Source: Pyrodictiaceae archaeon (GTDB lineage Archaea > Thermoproteota > Thermoprotei_A > Sulfolobales > WANQ01). Taken from it: DNA of 64,000 nucleotides. Under the pieces are notes generated by a model. It did no database searches, had not been told where the DNA came from, and saw nothing but the letters and a program-made list of their open reading frames with translations. The position numbers and the translations under genes were made by a program. Below are positions 45,641-55,862 of the stretch, piece after piece; within the stretch, counting starts at the first letter, position 1, and each line of letters starts with the position of its first letter. The stretch lies in contig WANQ01000038.1 of the NCBI GenBank assembly GCA_015521735.1, forward strand, positions 30,705 to 94,704, read 5' to 3'.

Positions 45641-46402
45641 GTGTTCATGCCTATTGGAGACGAGAACATTATTAGGAGAACACCCATAGTGAACTACTCG
45701 TTAATAGCAGTTAACACCATAGTATTCTTCACGCTATGGCTTGCACCAGGAATAGTTGGATGTAAAACCTATGAAGAAGTAATATGGGCCTATGGGGTAA
45801 AACCTTACCAGATAATACAGTTACAAGGACTCTGGACTATTCTTACCGGAATGTTCCTTCACGCCGACATAATACACTTACTAGGCAACATGTGGTTTCT
45901 CGCAATATTTGGAGACAACATAGAAGCTATTATGGGTCATCTGAGATACCTTGTATTCTACCTATTATCTGGTGTAGGAGCTGTAGTATTCCATGTATTA
46001 AGCGTAGCCTTCATACCACCACAAGCACTACTGAACTCAGCGTACCTAACAATAAATCCGTGGGTAGTACCAGCTGTAGGAGCAAGTGGAGCAATAAGTG
46101 GTGTACTGGGAGCATACTTTCTAACATACCCTAACTCAAGGGTAAGAGTCTTCGCATTCTGGTGGTTCTTCCCGATAACAATGGTTGTACCAGCTAGCCT
46201 ATACATAGGGTTCTGGTTCATATTCCAGCTGATAATGGGGTTCTGGTCTCTTACAGGAATTTCGTCAGGAGTCGCATACTGGGCTCATGTAGGAGGATTC
46301 ATAACAGGTATGGGCTTATCATATTTCTTCGTAGATAAACGTCTTGTACGACTCATAAAATCATATATCTACGGGTATAGGCTAGGAGGTGTATGGGCTT
46401 GA
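45641..46402 (+). CDS. Rhomboid-family intramembrane serine protease
   Basis: HADIIHLLGNMWFL (H..xN) and GASGAISGVLGAY (GxSG) motifs, plus AHVGGFITG. Alternative ATG start at 45647. Confidence 0.85.
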   Translation: MFMPIGDENIIRRTPIVNYSLIAVNTIVFFTLWLAPGIVGCKTYEEVIWAYGVKPYQIIQLQGLWTILTGMFLHADIIHLLGNMWFLAIFGDNIEAIMGHLRYLVFYLLSGVGAVVFHVLSVAFIPPQALLNSAYLTINPWVVPAVGASGAISGVLGAYFLTYPNSRVRVFAFWWFFPITMVVPASLYIGFWFIFQLIMGFWSLTGISSGVAYWAHVGGFITGMGLSYFFVDKRLVRLIKSYIYGYRLGGVWA

Positions 46403-46647
46403 ACATACGTAGTGGGGATAGAGAATACCTTGAATACCTCTTAGACAAGATAATGGAACCCGAATACTGGAGTCATGGAGTCTTAAATAGTGAGGGAAGG
46501 ACTCTACTAAACCTAATAGCAAGGATACTAGCATCATATCATTTAGGGTTAAGAGGGATAATAGCGAGAGTAAGACGTAACCCCACCTACGAGAATGTGT
46601 CTAAACTCGTAGAAATAATAAGAGAGTTAATATCGACAACTGCCTAA
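46393..46647 (+). CDS. Hypothetical protein
   Basis: 84-aa ORF overlapping the rhomboid gene's end by 10 nt. No family recognised. Confidence 0.4.
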   Translation: MGLNIRSGDREYLEYLLDKIMEPEYWSHGVLNSEGRTLLNLIARILASYHLGLRGIIARVRRNPTYENVSKLVEIIRELISTTA

Positions 46648-46711
46648 CGGGTCCAGGGCACTCACTTTTAAGCTCTGAAACACAGAGTTAGACTAGAGGT
46701 GAAACAAAGCA

Positions 46712-46855
46712 ATGAGCGTAGTTTCACGTATAGTTATAAACAGGGTAAACCGTAAGGCTAGGACAAGAAGGACTAGGATAGCTAGAGAAGTAGTGTTCAG
46801 GGATGTAAACGACTATGAATACTACCTAGCAATAACAGCTCTAGGCGGTAGGTAA
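46712..46855 (+). CDS. Small basic protein (47 aa), hypothetical, absent from the ORF track
   Basis: ATG 46712 is preceded by GAGGTGA at optimal spacing. Translation MSVVSRIVINRVNRKARTRRTRIAREVVFRDVNDYEYYLAITALGGR. Confidence 0.4.
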   Translation: MSVVSRIVINRVNRKARTRRTRIAREVVFRDVNDYEYYLAITALGGR

Positions 46856-46880
46856 GCTAGCTTCCTTCTACTACTAAGCT

Positions 46881-47765
46881 CTATACGGGTAGGTTTGGAC
46901 TAGCAATACTTATAGCTAGAGTTAAGACTGGTACTAGGTAATCATAGCTTCTACCACTCTTACGTAGCTCTTGATCCAACATATACAGCGCCTTAAGTCC
47001 ATTCTTAGTCCTAGTAACCTTTAGCTCAAGTATGCTAGACACCTTATCCTCTAATTCTTTGCTCTCCCTAACAAGTAGTTCTAAGTACCCCCTAACAATA
47101 GCATTGTTTAAGTCCCTTGTATCCTCATAGTCTTCCACAATTACTTCAGCTACCTCTACTAAAACTCTACTATAGGGTTGCGTGTACTTGAAGAGCTTAT
47201 GCCTACTCGAGAGTACTCTTAGTAAATCATTTACTTTGTATCCTTCTACCTCTATATGCCCCCTAGTATAGCCTTGTAGTTCAAGCTCCTCTACCTCACT
47301 ATAACCCATTTTCCTCATAGTATCATAGAGTTCAAGTGTATCTCTAACAGTAGTTGCTGAAAGGAAATCGTATAATGCTTTAAGGAATCCAGATGCTTTT
47401 TCCTCACGCTTCACATAACCATAAGCTAAGGCTATAGACGACATTATTATGGATGAAATAAGGTCTAGTGAAGGCAGAACTCCTAGCACCATAAGTCCTT
47501 GTCTAAGAGCTCTAGACCATAGACTCCCAATCCTTATGTCGGGTAATCCTATTTCACCACGACTAGCACGCTCAAAGTCTAGTGCTAGCCTATATATCTC
47601 GTGTGAGAGACCTAGTGCAAGTAACACGTAGTTGTAGGGTTGTGGTCCTGGAGCATATCGATGCATTGCACCAGGTTTTATGTATGCGTATGCACTTGAG
47701 TGAACTGATCCTATAACCTTACGTAAAACTAGTATTGGATCCAAGAAAACACCCCATATAACCAT
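46881..47765 (-). CDS. CitG-like (triphosphoribosyl-dephospho-CoA synthase family) protein, tentative
   Basis: YIKPGAMHRY and LSATTVRDTLELYDTMRKMGY resemble the CitG motifs KPGNV.R and TT.eDa..lY.AIr. Start moved to ATG 47765 to remove the overlap with the divergent gene. Confidence 0.35.
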   Translation of the reverse strand: MVIWGVFLDPILVLRKVIGSVHSSAYAYIKPGAMHRYAPGPQPYNYVLLALGLSHEIYRLALDFERASRGEIGLPDIRIGSLWSRALRQGLMVLGVLPSLDLISSIIMSSIALAYGYVKREEKASGFLKALYDFLSATTVRDTLELYDTMRKMGYSEVEELELQGYTRGHIEVEGYKVNDLLRVLSSRHKLFKYTQPYSRVLVEVAEVIVEDYEDTRDLNNAIVRGYLELLVRESKELEDKVSSILELKVTRTKNGLKALYMLDQELRKSGRSYDYLVPVLTLAISIASPNLPV

Positions 47766-47870
47766 AGCTACACTAGGTTTTTGGAGCCTAGTTATGGTAT
47801 GAGGGGTTGGTGTATAAATAGTCTGCTCCTTGTATAAGCTATGATTAACGGCTATAGAGGCCTTTGGATA

Positions 47871-48575
47871 ATGTCGTCTACAAACCTGAATAACAGGATA
47901 CGTGAACAAGTAGTAGGGTTCATAGCTATAGGCTTACTAGTTGCTTCAAGCATAGTAATCCTACCATACGTTTACCGTGGAATAGGGTTGGGGGCTACAG
48001 CATCCATAGTAGTAGTATTCATCTTAGCAGTAACAAGTATATTGTTAAGCGACACGAATATACCATTAACTACGGTAAGACTACGTGAACGGTATGGTGA
48101 AGTAGAAGTACTATTAGCATTAAATGTTGGTGGAGCAATTATACCCCTAATAATATCTATACACATAATTATAGCATTAAGCATAAACTATCCACTAATC
48201 ATACTATTAATACTAGTAGGTATATTCATGGTTACAGCCATCTCATATAGAGTTTCAAGAGTAGTTAATGGAATAGGAGTAATAGTACCAGTAATTGTAC
48301 CAGCTCTAACAGCAGCTAGTACAGCATTAATACTAGTTGAAATGGCTGGCTACCCTATCTCAACTGCAGGCCCAGTATCATATGTATCTGGGACTATTGG
48401 TACAATTCTAGGAGTAGATGTTCTCAAAATAAGGGATGTAGTTGAGAATGCTAAGAACAAGTATATTGTAAGCATTGGCGGTATGGGGTCGTTTGACACA
48501 ATATATTTAGTAGGATTACTCTCTGCTACAGCTACCATAGTCTTATCTCTTGTAACAAGCGCTACGAGTCCGTAA
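47871..48575 (+). CDS. DUF1614 membrane protein
   Basis: LNVGGAIIPLIIS, GTIGTILGVDVLK and SIGGMGSFDTIYLVGLLS match remembered DUF1614 motifs. Start uncertain. Confidence 0.6.
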   Translation: MSSTNLNNRIREQVVGFIAIGLLVASSIVILPYVYRGIGLGATASIVVVFILAVTSILLSDTNIPLTTVRLRERYGEVEVLLALNVGGAIIPLIISIHIIIALSINYPLIILLILVGIFMVTAISYRVSRVVNGIGVIVPVIVPALTAASTALILVEMAGYPISTAGPVSYVSGTIGTILGVDVLKIRDVVENAKNKYIVSIGGMGSFDTIYLVGLLSATATIVLSLVTSATSP

Positions 48576-48693
48576 ATACTTCTTGCTCGCTAAGACTACT
48601 TAATCTATAGTATTCAATGTGTTCTATAATGTAGAATTCTAAGAAAACCTTTTATGCGTAAACCCCTTATTAGAACGCTAGAGGTTTTATGGT

Positions 48694-51600
48694 ATGCCGT
48701 GCGCTAGCACTACATCTTCTGGGCCAAAGAAGTACGTATACATGTTCGAGGAAGGTGATTGGAGAAACAAGAAGCTATTCGGAGGTAAAGGCGCTAGCCT
48801 AATACAGATGACTCAGCTAGGACTACCAGTACCACCAGGATTCACTATAACAACTGAGGCTTGTAGAGACTTCTATGCACCAGCTAAGGAGGAACTAGAC
48901 AAACTAGTTAAAGAACTAGAACGTCAGCCTCCACCAGAAGTAAGAGACAAGATAATAAAGAGGATATGGGAGATAATAGACACACTTGACTTACCAAAAG
49001 GATTAATGGATCAAGTAAGAGAATACATGCATAAACTAGAAGAGAAAACAGGTAAGAAATTCGGTGGACTAGAAAACCCATTACTAGTATCAGTTAGAAG
49101 TGGAGCAGCAGTATCAATGCCTGGAATGATGGACACGGTTCTAAATCTTGGATTAAACGATGAAACAACCAAGGCTCTAGCAAAGCTATCAGAGAATGAA
49201 TGGTTTGCCTACGATGCTTATCGTAGATTCCTTAACATGTTTGGAAGAATAGTCCTAAGCATACCTGAGGAAAAGTTTAACGAAGAATTCGATAAAATGG
49301 AGGAGGAGTTCAAGAAAATAGCAGAAGAAAAGTATAAGGACGAACTAGAAGCCATAACCAAGAAGTACCCCAAGTATACCCTAAGACTAGATGCCCAGCC
49401 ACCAAGAGATGTAGCACCAAATCTATGGAAGCTCTCAGTAGAATACCTTAAGAAACTCGTAGAAAAATACAAGGAGTTGATAAAGAAGGAGTGGGGAGAA
49501 TTCCCACAGGATCCATGGGAGCAGTTAAAGCTAGCTATAAAAGCCGTGTTTAGGTCATGGATGAATCCTAGAGCAATATTCTATCGTATAATGAACAACA
49601 TTACACCAGACATAGCCGACTGTACAGCAGTAAACATTGTGACAATGGTATTCGGTAACATGGGCTGGGACTCTGGTACTGGAGTAGCATTCTCAAGAGA
49701 CGTAGCTACAGGTGAAAACAAGTTATACGGAGAATTCCTACCGAATGCTCAAGGAGAAGACGTTGTAGCTGGAATACGTACGCCTATGGACATAGAGGAA
49801 TTCCGTAAACAATTCCCAGAACTATACGATCAGCTATATGCAGCAGCTAAGCTACTAGAATGGCTTAACAAAGAAGTACAGGATGTAGAATTCACTGTTG
49901 AGAGGGGCAAGCTATACCTACTACAAACACGTAATGCTAAGATGACACCACTAGCAAGAGTTAAGACAGCAGTAGAACTAGCAACTAAGCCTCCAATAGA
50001 AGACAAGGAGTATGGCAAGAAGCTTATAGAGAAGAAATACCTACCAGAAAAAGAAGGCAAGCTAATGATAGAGAAACCAGTAGTAAGTAGAGAAGAAGCA
50101 GTACTCAAAGTCAAACCCGAACACGTACTACAACTACTATACCCAAGAATAGATCCAAAAGCTAAGGCAACCCCCGTAGCTAAGGGCCTACCAGCATCAC
50201 CAGGAGCAGTATCAGGTCAAGTAGTATTCGACCCAGACCGTGCAGTAGAGTGGGCACGTGAAGGCAAAAAGGTAATCCTAGTAAGAATTGAGACCAAACC
50301 CGACGACGTCCACGGATTCTACGCTTCCGTTGGTATACTCACGAGTCGTGGAGGTATGACGAGTCACGCAGCAGTTGTTGCTAGAGCTATAGGTAAGCCA
50401 AGCGTAGTTGGTGCAGAAGACATAATAATAGACTACAATAAGAGAGAGTTCAGGATTAGAGGCAAAGACATAGTAGTCAGGGAGGGAGACTGGATAACAA
50501 TAGACGGTAATACAGGTAACGTTTATGTCGGTAAAGTACCAACAATAGAACCTGAAATAATACCAGAACTAGACACGCTAATGAAGTGGGCTGACGAGTT
50601 TAGAAAACTAGGTGTTAGAGCAAACGCCGACATACCAGAAGACGCTAAGCTAGCAAGAAAGTTTGGTGCAGAAGGAATAGGCCTACTTCGTATTGAGAGA
50701 ATGTTCCGTAAACCTGAAAGACTAGAAGTACTAAGAAAAGTTATCCTAGCAGAAAACGCTGAGGACCGTAAGAAGGCGCTAGAAGACTTAGTACCAATGA
50801 TTAGACAAGACTTTAAGGAAATGCTAGAAATAATGGACGGGTTACCAGTAGTAATAAGACTCATAGACCCACCACTACACGAGTTTCTACCAGCACCAGA
50901 GGAACTACTACAACAAATATATGAAGCTAAGATGAAGGGTGCTCCAAAGGAGGAGATAGAGAAGCTTGAATGGCTATACAAGCGTGTAATGGTTCTCAAA
51001 GAAGCTAACCCAATGATGGGTCATCGTGGTGTAAGAGTAGGTGTAACTTATCCAGAAATATACTATGCACTAGCAAGAGCTATGATTGAAGCAGCAGCAG
51101 AATTAATCAAGGAGGGTAAGAACCCCAAGTTAGAGATAATGGTGCCTCAAGTAGCAGAAGCTAGAGAAATAGAATTCGTTAAGAAACATGCTATTGAGCC
51201 AGCACTAAGAGATGTAGCTAAGAAGTATGGATTCGAGCTAATAGTAAAGGATAAGCCAGGACACTATGTATTCAAAACAAATGACGGCAAGGAACATGAG
51301 ATCCTAGTAGGCACTATGATTGAAACCGTAAGAGCATGCCTTACAGCTGATGAAATAGCAAAACACGTAGCATTCTTCAGCTTTGGAACAAACGACTTAA
51401 CCCAAGCAACATTCAGCTTCAGCCGTGACGATGCAGAAAACAAGTTCCTACCACAGTACCTAGAACTAGAGATACTACCAGCAAACCCATTCCAAACACT
51501 AGACATTAAGGGTGTAGGTAAGCTAATAGAAATAGCAGTAAACCTAGCAAAGAAGGCTAACCCAGACATAGAACTAGGAATTTGTGGAGAACATGGAGGA

Positions 51601-51717
51601 GATCCAAAGAGCATAGAATTCCTACACAAAGTAGGATTAGACTACGTAAGCGCATCACCATTCAGAGTAATGATAGCTAGACTAGCAGCAGCTCAAGCAG
51701 CTATTAAGGAAAAGTAA
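48694..51717 (+). CDS. ppdK: Pyruvate, phosphate dikinase
   Basis: GGKGASLIQMTQLGLPVPPGFTITTEAC, phospho-His motif GGMTSHAAVVARAIGKP and C-terminal FFSFGTNDLTQ. 1007 aa, longer than usual because of several E/K-rich insertions. Confidence 0.9.
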   Translation: MPCASTTSSGPKKYVYMFEEGDWRNKKLFGGKGASLIQMTQLGLPVPPGFTITTEACRDFYAPAKEELDKLVKELERQPPPEVRDKIIKRIWEIIDTLDLPKGLMDQVREYMHKLEEKTGKKFGGLENPLLVSVRSGAAVSMPGMMDTVLNLGLNDETTKALAKLSENEWFAYDAYRRFLNMFGRIVLSIPEEKFNEEFDKMEEEFKKIAEEKYKDELEAITKKYPKYTLRLDAQPPRDVAPNLWKLSVEYLKKLVEKYKELIKKEWGEFPQDPWEQLKLAIKAVFRSWMNPRAIFYRIMNNITPDIADCTAVNIVTMVFGNMGWDSGTGVAFSRDVATGENKLYGEFLPNAQGEDVVAGIRTPMDIEEFRKQFPELYDQLYAAAKLLEWLNKEVQDVEFTVERGKLYLLQTRNAKMTPLARVKTAVELATKPPIEDKEYGKKLIEKKYLPEKEGKLMIEKPVVSREEAVLKVKPEHVLQLLYPRIDPKAKATPVAKGLPASPGAVSGQVVFDPDRAVEWAREGKKVILVRIETKPDDVHGFYASVGILTSRGGMTSHAAVVARAIGKPSVVGAEDIIIDYNKREFRIRGKDIVVREGDWITIDGNTGNVYVGKVPTIEPEIIPELDTLMKWADEFRKLGVRANADIPEDAKLARKFGAEGIGLLRIERMFRKPERLEVLRKVILAENAEDRKKALEDLVPMIRQDFKEMLEIMDGLPVVIRLIDPPLHEFLPAPEELLQQIYEAKMKGAPKEEIEKLEWLYKRVMVLKEANPMMGHRGVRVGVTYPEIYYALARAMIEAAAELIKEGKNPKLEIMVPQVAEAREIEFVKKHAIEPALRDVAKKYGFELIVKDKPGHYVFKTNDGKEHEILVGTMIETVRACLTADEIAKHVAFFSFGTNDLTQATFSFSRDDAENKFLPQYLELEILPANPFQTLDIKGVGKLIEIAVNLAKKANPDIELGICGEHGGDPKSIEFLHKVGLDYVSASPFRVMIARLAAAQAAIKEK

Positions 51718-51738
51718 GTACTTTTCTATACAGTAAGA

Positions 51739-52851
51739 CTATAAAATTATTTTTCTCTCATCATATACACTTGAATCGACTTCCTTAAACGGTAAAACTA
51801 TAACTCCTCTATTCAATAGGATAGCTTCATCTATAACTACTTCATCACCAACTATTACTCCATCTTCAAGTCTAGACCATCTACCAATAATTGTTCGCTC
51901 ACCAATAATAGCGCCTTTAACGACAGCTGATGACTCGATGATTACTTCTGAGAATACTATGCTATTAGAAATATATGTGTGCTCTCCTATTCTAGCTCCC
52001 TCACCTATTATAGTGAATGGCCCTATTCTAGCATTCCTTTCAATTTTGACGTTGTCCGATATGTATACTGGCTGAATTACCTCAGCACTAGAATCTATTT
52101 CAGCAGATCTACTAATGTATCCTTGGGGGTAAAAGTATTTGAGAGCTCTCATGTTTGCACGATAATAGTCTTCTGGAACACCTATATCATTCCAAAGACC
52201 TTCATGTATATACCCGTAAACCTGTCCTTCTTCAACAAGTCTTGGTATTACGTCGCGAGCAAGTTTTGAAGGCTTCTTAGACGGTATGTACTTTAGTATT
52301 TCGGGTTCAAACACGTATACTCCAGCATTAACTATATTTGAGGGAGCTTTTTCACGTGGAGGCTTCTCTATGAAGTCCTTGATTAAGTGGTCGTCATTTA
52401 ATACAGCTACTCCATACCTTGATGGATCATCTACTCTTGTAAGCATTAGAGTGGCTATACCACCTTTACGTTTATGGAAGCTTAGTAGCTTTGAGTAATC
52501 AACATCGCTAAACACGTCACCGTATACTACTAGGAAGGTTTCATTTAATCCTACTACTTCATCTACTAGTCTTAGTGGTCCAGCATCTCCTAGAGGCTTA
52601 GTCTCCTCAACGTATTTTATGTCAACACCCCTATCTATTCCAGCACCATACTTAGCTTTTATTAAATGTGCTAGGTAACGTATAGACAATATGATTTCCT
52701 TGATATTGCTCTCGTATAATCCATTAATTATCCAGTCTAGTAAAGGCTTACCTAGTATCGGCAGTAACGGTTTAGGCCTAGTAAGAGTTAATGGTCTAAG
52801 CCTCGTAGCAAACCCACCAGCAAGTACTATTGCCTTAACCAATACGATCAA
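51739..52851 (-). CDS. Sugar-1-phosphate nucleotidyltransferase with a C-terminal left-handed beta-helix domain
   Basis: KAIVLAGGFATRLRPLTLTRPKPLLPILGKPLL N-terminal motif. The C-terminal hexapeptide repeats are imperfect. Confidence 0.8.
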   Translation of the reverse strand: MIVLVKAIVLAGGFATRLRPLTLTRPKPLLPILGKPLLDWIINGLYESNIKEIILSIRYLAHLIKAKYGAGIDRGVDIKYVEETKPLGDAGPLRLVDEVVGLNETFLVVYGDVFSDVDYSKLLSFHKRKGGIATLMLTRVDDPSRYGVAVLNDDHLIKDFIEKPPREKAPSNIVNAGVYVFEPEILKYIPSKKPSKLARDVIPRLVEEGQVYGYIHEGLWNDIGVPEDYYRANMRALKYFYPQGYISRSAEIDSSAEVIQPVYISDNVKIERNARIGPFTIIGEGARIGEHTYISNSIVFSEVIIESSAVVKGAIIGERTIIGRWSRLEDGVIVGDEVVIDEAILLNRGVIVLPFKEVDSSVYDERKIIL

Positions 52852-52874
52852 GCCCTTCTAAATAGACAATCTCT

Positions 52875-53246
52875 TTACTCAAGTATGCTAACTAGTAGTT
52901 CTGGATCCCTAGATTTAAGTTCACCTACAATTCTGTTAACAACTTCTACGAGAACCTGCGAACTAGTTGACTCAACTACTACAATTAACCCCCTAAAGGC
53001 TGGTGCAACTATCTCCTCAACACGTCTACTACTAGTCCTAGCAATACTTACCCTAACAAGGAATTCTCTACCATTAATGCTCCCACCTATAATTATTGAG
53101 CCACCTATCCTGGCTACTCTTCCCAAACCACTACTAGACAAGTACTCTACTACTTCTCTAAGCTTTACTGGATTAGGGTGTTCTAGTAGAAAACTAACAC
53201 GGTACAACCTCACACCCCTAGTATTTGACTTCAACTTCATAGCCAT
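52875..53246 (-). CDS. Hypothetical protein
   Basis: 123-aa ORF directly downstream of the threonine dehydratase gene. No family recognised. Confidence 0.4.
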   Translation of the reverse strand: MAMKLKSNTRGVRLYRVSFLLEHPNPVKLREVVEYLSSSGLGRVARIGGSIIIGGSINGREFLVRVSIARTSSRRVEEIVAPAFRGLIVVVESTSSQVLVEVVNRIVGELKSRDPELLVSILE

Positions 53247-54447
53247 TAGTCTTCAAGTTCTCGACTAACCGCTCTAACCGCTCAGGTTGAGGTACCTCAG
53301 CTATTATTCTAACTTCAGCCCATCCAGGTTCTAGTCTAGGATCATATCTATCATGTGATATCTCTATTATGTTTAGCCTAGCTTCTGCTAAGTATTCTAG
53401 TAGTCGTCTAAGAGTACCAGGTCTATCTGGTAGCTTTGTCTTAAGTACAGCTATCCTCTTCTGACGTACTAGTTCACGCATTATTATCCTAGATAGTAGT
53501 GTTACATCTATGTTTCCACCACTTATAATAGTTACAACCTTCTTACCTCTAACATCTATTTTACCAGATAATAGTGCTGCTAGACCAGCTGCTCCTGCTC
53601 CTTCAGCAACTGTTTTACTACGCTCCAACAACATTAGTATGGCGTGTGCTATCTCGTCATCTGATACTGTTACGATATCGTCTACTAGCTCTGATACAAG
53701 CTTATAGGTTAACTCACCTGGCTTACGGGTAAGTAGTCCATCAGCTATACTAGGCCTAGCTTCTATTTCAACTATTCTACCAGCTTCAATTGAAGCCTTC
53801 ATCTTTGGAGCAGATTCTGGTTCTACACCAATAATTTTTACATGGTCTCCAAGAGTATTCTTTACAACAGATGCTATACCCGATATTAGTCCACCACCAC
53901 CAATCTGCACTACAACAACATCTATGTCCTGCAGGTCTTGTAGTATCTCAACTGCTATAGATCCTTGACCCGCTATAATGTATGGGTCATCAAATGGATG
54001 TATGAACGTAGCACCAGTTTCCTCAGCTATCTCCAAAGCCTTACGGTAAGCATCATCGTATATTAATCCATGCAGAACTACTTTTGCTCCATAGCCCTGG
54101 GTAGCCTGTATTTTACTTATAGGAGCAGTCTCAGGCATTACTATTATTGCTGGTATACCTGCAGCTGATGCAGCAAAAGCTACTCCTTGAGCATGATTTC
54201 CTGCTGATGCCGCCACAACACCTTTCTTCTTAGATTCTTCCGGCAACCTATATATCTTGTAATATGCTCCACGAACCTTAAATGCACCAGTTTTCTGAAG
54301 ATTCTCAAGCTTCATGTAAACCTTACCACCAGTTATACGTGAAAACGTTCTCGAGTAGTCAAGTGGAGTTCTATGTATAACCCCCTTTAACACACGACTA
54401 GCTTGTAGTGCTTCAAGATATATTTTCGTAGCAAGATCAAGCTTCAT
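53218..54447 (-). CDS. Threonine ammonia-lyase (threonine dehydratase) with a C-terminal ACT-like domain
   Basis: PLP lysine motif NLQKTGAFKVRGA, ASAGNHAQGVA and GGGGLISG. 409 aa. Confidence 0.85.
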   Translation of the reverse strand: MKLDLATKIYLEALQASRVLKGVIHRTPLDYSRTFSRITGGKVYMKLENLQKTGAFKVRGAYYKIYRLPEESKKKGVVAASAGNHAQGVAFAASAAGIPAIIVMPETAPISKIQATQGYGAKVVLHGLIYDDAYRKALEIAEETGATFIHPFDDPYIIAGQGSIAVEILQDLQDIDVVVVQIGGGGLISGIASVVKNTLGDHVKIIGVEPESAPKMKASIEAGRIVEIEARPSIADGLLTRKPGELTYKLVSELVDDIVTVSDDEIAHAILMLLERSKTVAEGAGAAGLAALLSGKIDVRGKKVVTIISGGNIDVTLLSRIIMRELVRQKRIAVLKTKLPDRPGTLRRLLEYLAEARLNIIEISHDRYDPRLEPGWAEVRIIAEVPQPERLERLVENLKTNGYEVEVKY

Positions 54448-54524
54448 ATCCTACTCCATACTCTATTATCCAGTCTTCTAGGTTTATTAGCCTAGCTCTA
54501 TTACATTTACACGCTGGTGATATA

Positions 54525-54815
54525 TTGAGGGAATACTGGGTTAGGAATATAAGAGGAGAGGTTAAAGCAACAAATATTAACGAAGTATTAGCAGGTCTAG
54601 CCATGTTAAAGGATAAGGTTAAACCTAACGACAGCATTAAACTCGTAATTAAAGGTAGTAAAGCACTCGAAGTACTAGCAAGGTTACCGGAAGAACTACG
54701 TAGAATAGAGTTCTCCCTAGTATGGGCTGAAGAAGTAGGTGAAGAAGTAATAGCATACGTTGTCTACAAGACAACATCTCCAAGTAGGTTTAGGATAAGA
54801 GAACACATACACTAG
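54525..54815 (+). CDS. Hypothetical protein
   Basis: 96-aa ORF with TTG start. No family recognised. Confidence 0.35.
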   Translation: MREYWVRNIRGEVKATNINEVLAGLAMLKDKVKPNDSIKLVIKGSKALEVLARLPEELRRIEFSLVWAEEVGEEVIAYVVYKTTSPSRFRIREHIH

Positions 54816-54824
54816 CACAACTTC

Positions 54825-55229
54825 TTAGAGTTTTCTACAGAGACTAGCTAAACTCACATGAGATTCCACGAGCTCCAATAGCCTTGATATATTCTTGGAA
54901 TAGAATAACTCTCCGTGTGGTCTTAAGCCACCACTAAATGTCTTAGGTATATGAAGTAGTTCATGAATAAGTACTCTAATCTTAGATCTACAGTCAAGTC
55001 TCGAGAAATTACTATCCACTATTTCTATCACATAGCTTGGCTTGTAGCCAAATGCTACTTGGAAAACCCTTGGCAACCCATATATTCTAGCATAAGCTGT
55101 AGTCCTAGAGTTAAAGCTACGTACAACCCTAATTCTCTCAACATCTACGTGTTTAAACCCTAGTATACTTACCAAATCCTTAACAACACTCCAAGCACTC
55201 TCATCAACTACTAGTTTAACCCTACCCAT
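54825..55229 (-). CDS. Putative HExxH metallopeptidase (COG4900-like)
   Basis: IRVLIHELLHIPKTFSGGLRPHG contains HELLH. 134 aa. Confidence 0.55.
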   Translation of the reverse strand: MGRVKLVVDESAWSVVKDLVSILGFKHVDVERIRVVRSFNSRTTAYARIYGLPRVFQVAFGYKPSYVIEIVDSNFSRLDCRSKIRVLIHELLHIPKTFSGGLRPHGELFYSKNISRLLELVESHVSLASLCRKL

Positions 55230-55334
55230 ACCCCTACACCATGTAAGGCCATGTACTGTTAGGGCTGTGTAGCCCTTAAGCTAAAATGCCTTAGCATAGC
55301 TTAGAATGATTGGTAGACGTAGAGGTATACCAGT

Positions 55335-55790
55335 ATGTCTCTCGTAGACTTAGATGAAACAGATAAAGCTATACTAAGAATACTATTAATTGATGCCCGA
55401 ACACCTTACAGTAAGATAGCACGTATGTTAGGGTTAAGTGAAGCAACAGTGTATCTCAGAGTTAAGAGGTTGAAGGAGAAAGGTGTTCTAAGAGGCTTTT
55501 ACGCTGATGTAGATGCATTTAAGGTAGGATTCAATGTACTTGCATTTGTGTTAATTAAAGCTGATCCACGTAGATACAAGGATGTTCTAGAAAAGCTTAG
55601 AGAGATAAGAAGTATTGTAGAATTATACGAAGTTACTGGCGAGTACATGGGGTTAGCTAAGATTAGAACTAGGAGTCAGGAAGAACTAGTCAAGGTTATA
55701 GACGAGATAGGTGGAGTTGAAGGAGTTACTGGAACATATACTATGTATGTATTAAAGGTGTTGAAGGAGGAGAAGAGGCTTAGCATATAA
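55335..55790 (+). CDS. Lrp/AsnC-family transcriptional regulator
   Basis: DKAILRILLIDARTPYSKIARMLGLSEATVYLRVKRLKEKGVL HTH plus a RAM domain. Confidence 0.9.
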   Translation: MSLVDLDETDKAILRILLIDARTPYSKIARMLGLSEATVYLRVKRLKEKGVLRGFYADVDAFKVGFNVLAFVLIKADPRRYKDVLEKLREIRSIVELYEVTGEYMGLAKIRTRSQEELVKVIDEIGGVEGVTGTYTMYVLKVLKEEKRLSI

Positions 55791-55862
55791 CTTTTACTGG
55801 GAAGGGGATCAGGGTGAGAGCTCTCGGGCACACCTTGCCAGGTACCCCTGGTTTGCTACTCA

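Noticed and set aside
45784-46134. 116-aa alternative-frame ORF inside the rhomboid gene.
   Set aside because: It is embedded in a gene with clear catalytic motifs in the other frame, and its translation is Arg/Ser/Cys-rich nonsense.
48694-51717. The unusually long PPDK (1007 aa) as a possible fusion.
   Set aside because: The extra length comes from several short E/K-rich insertions between conserved blocks. This is common in hyperthermophile homologues, and no additional domain is evident.
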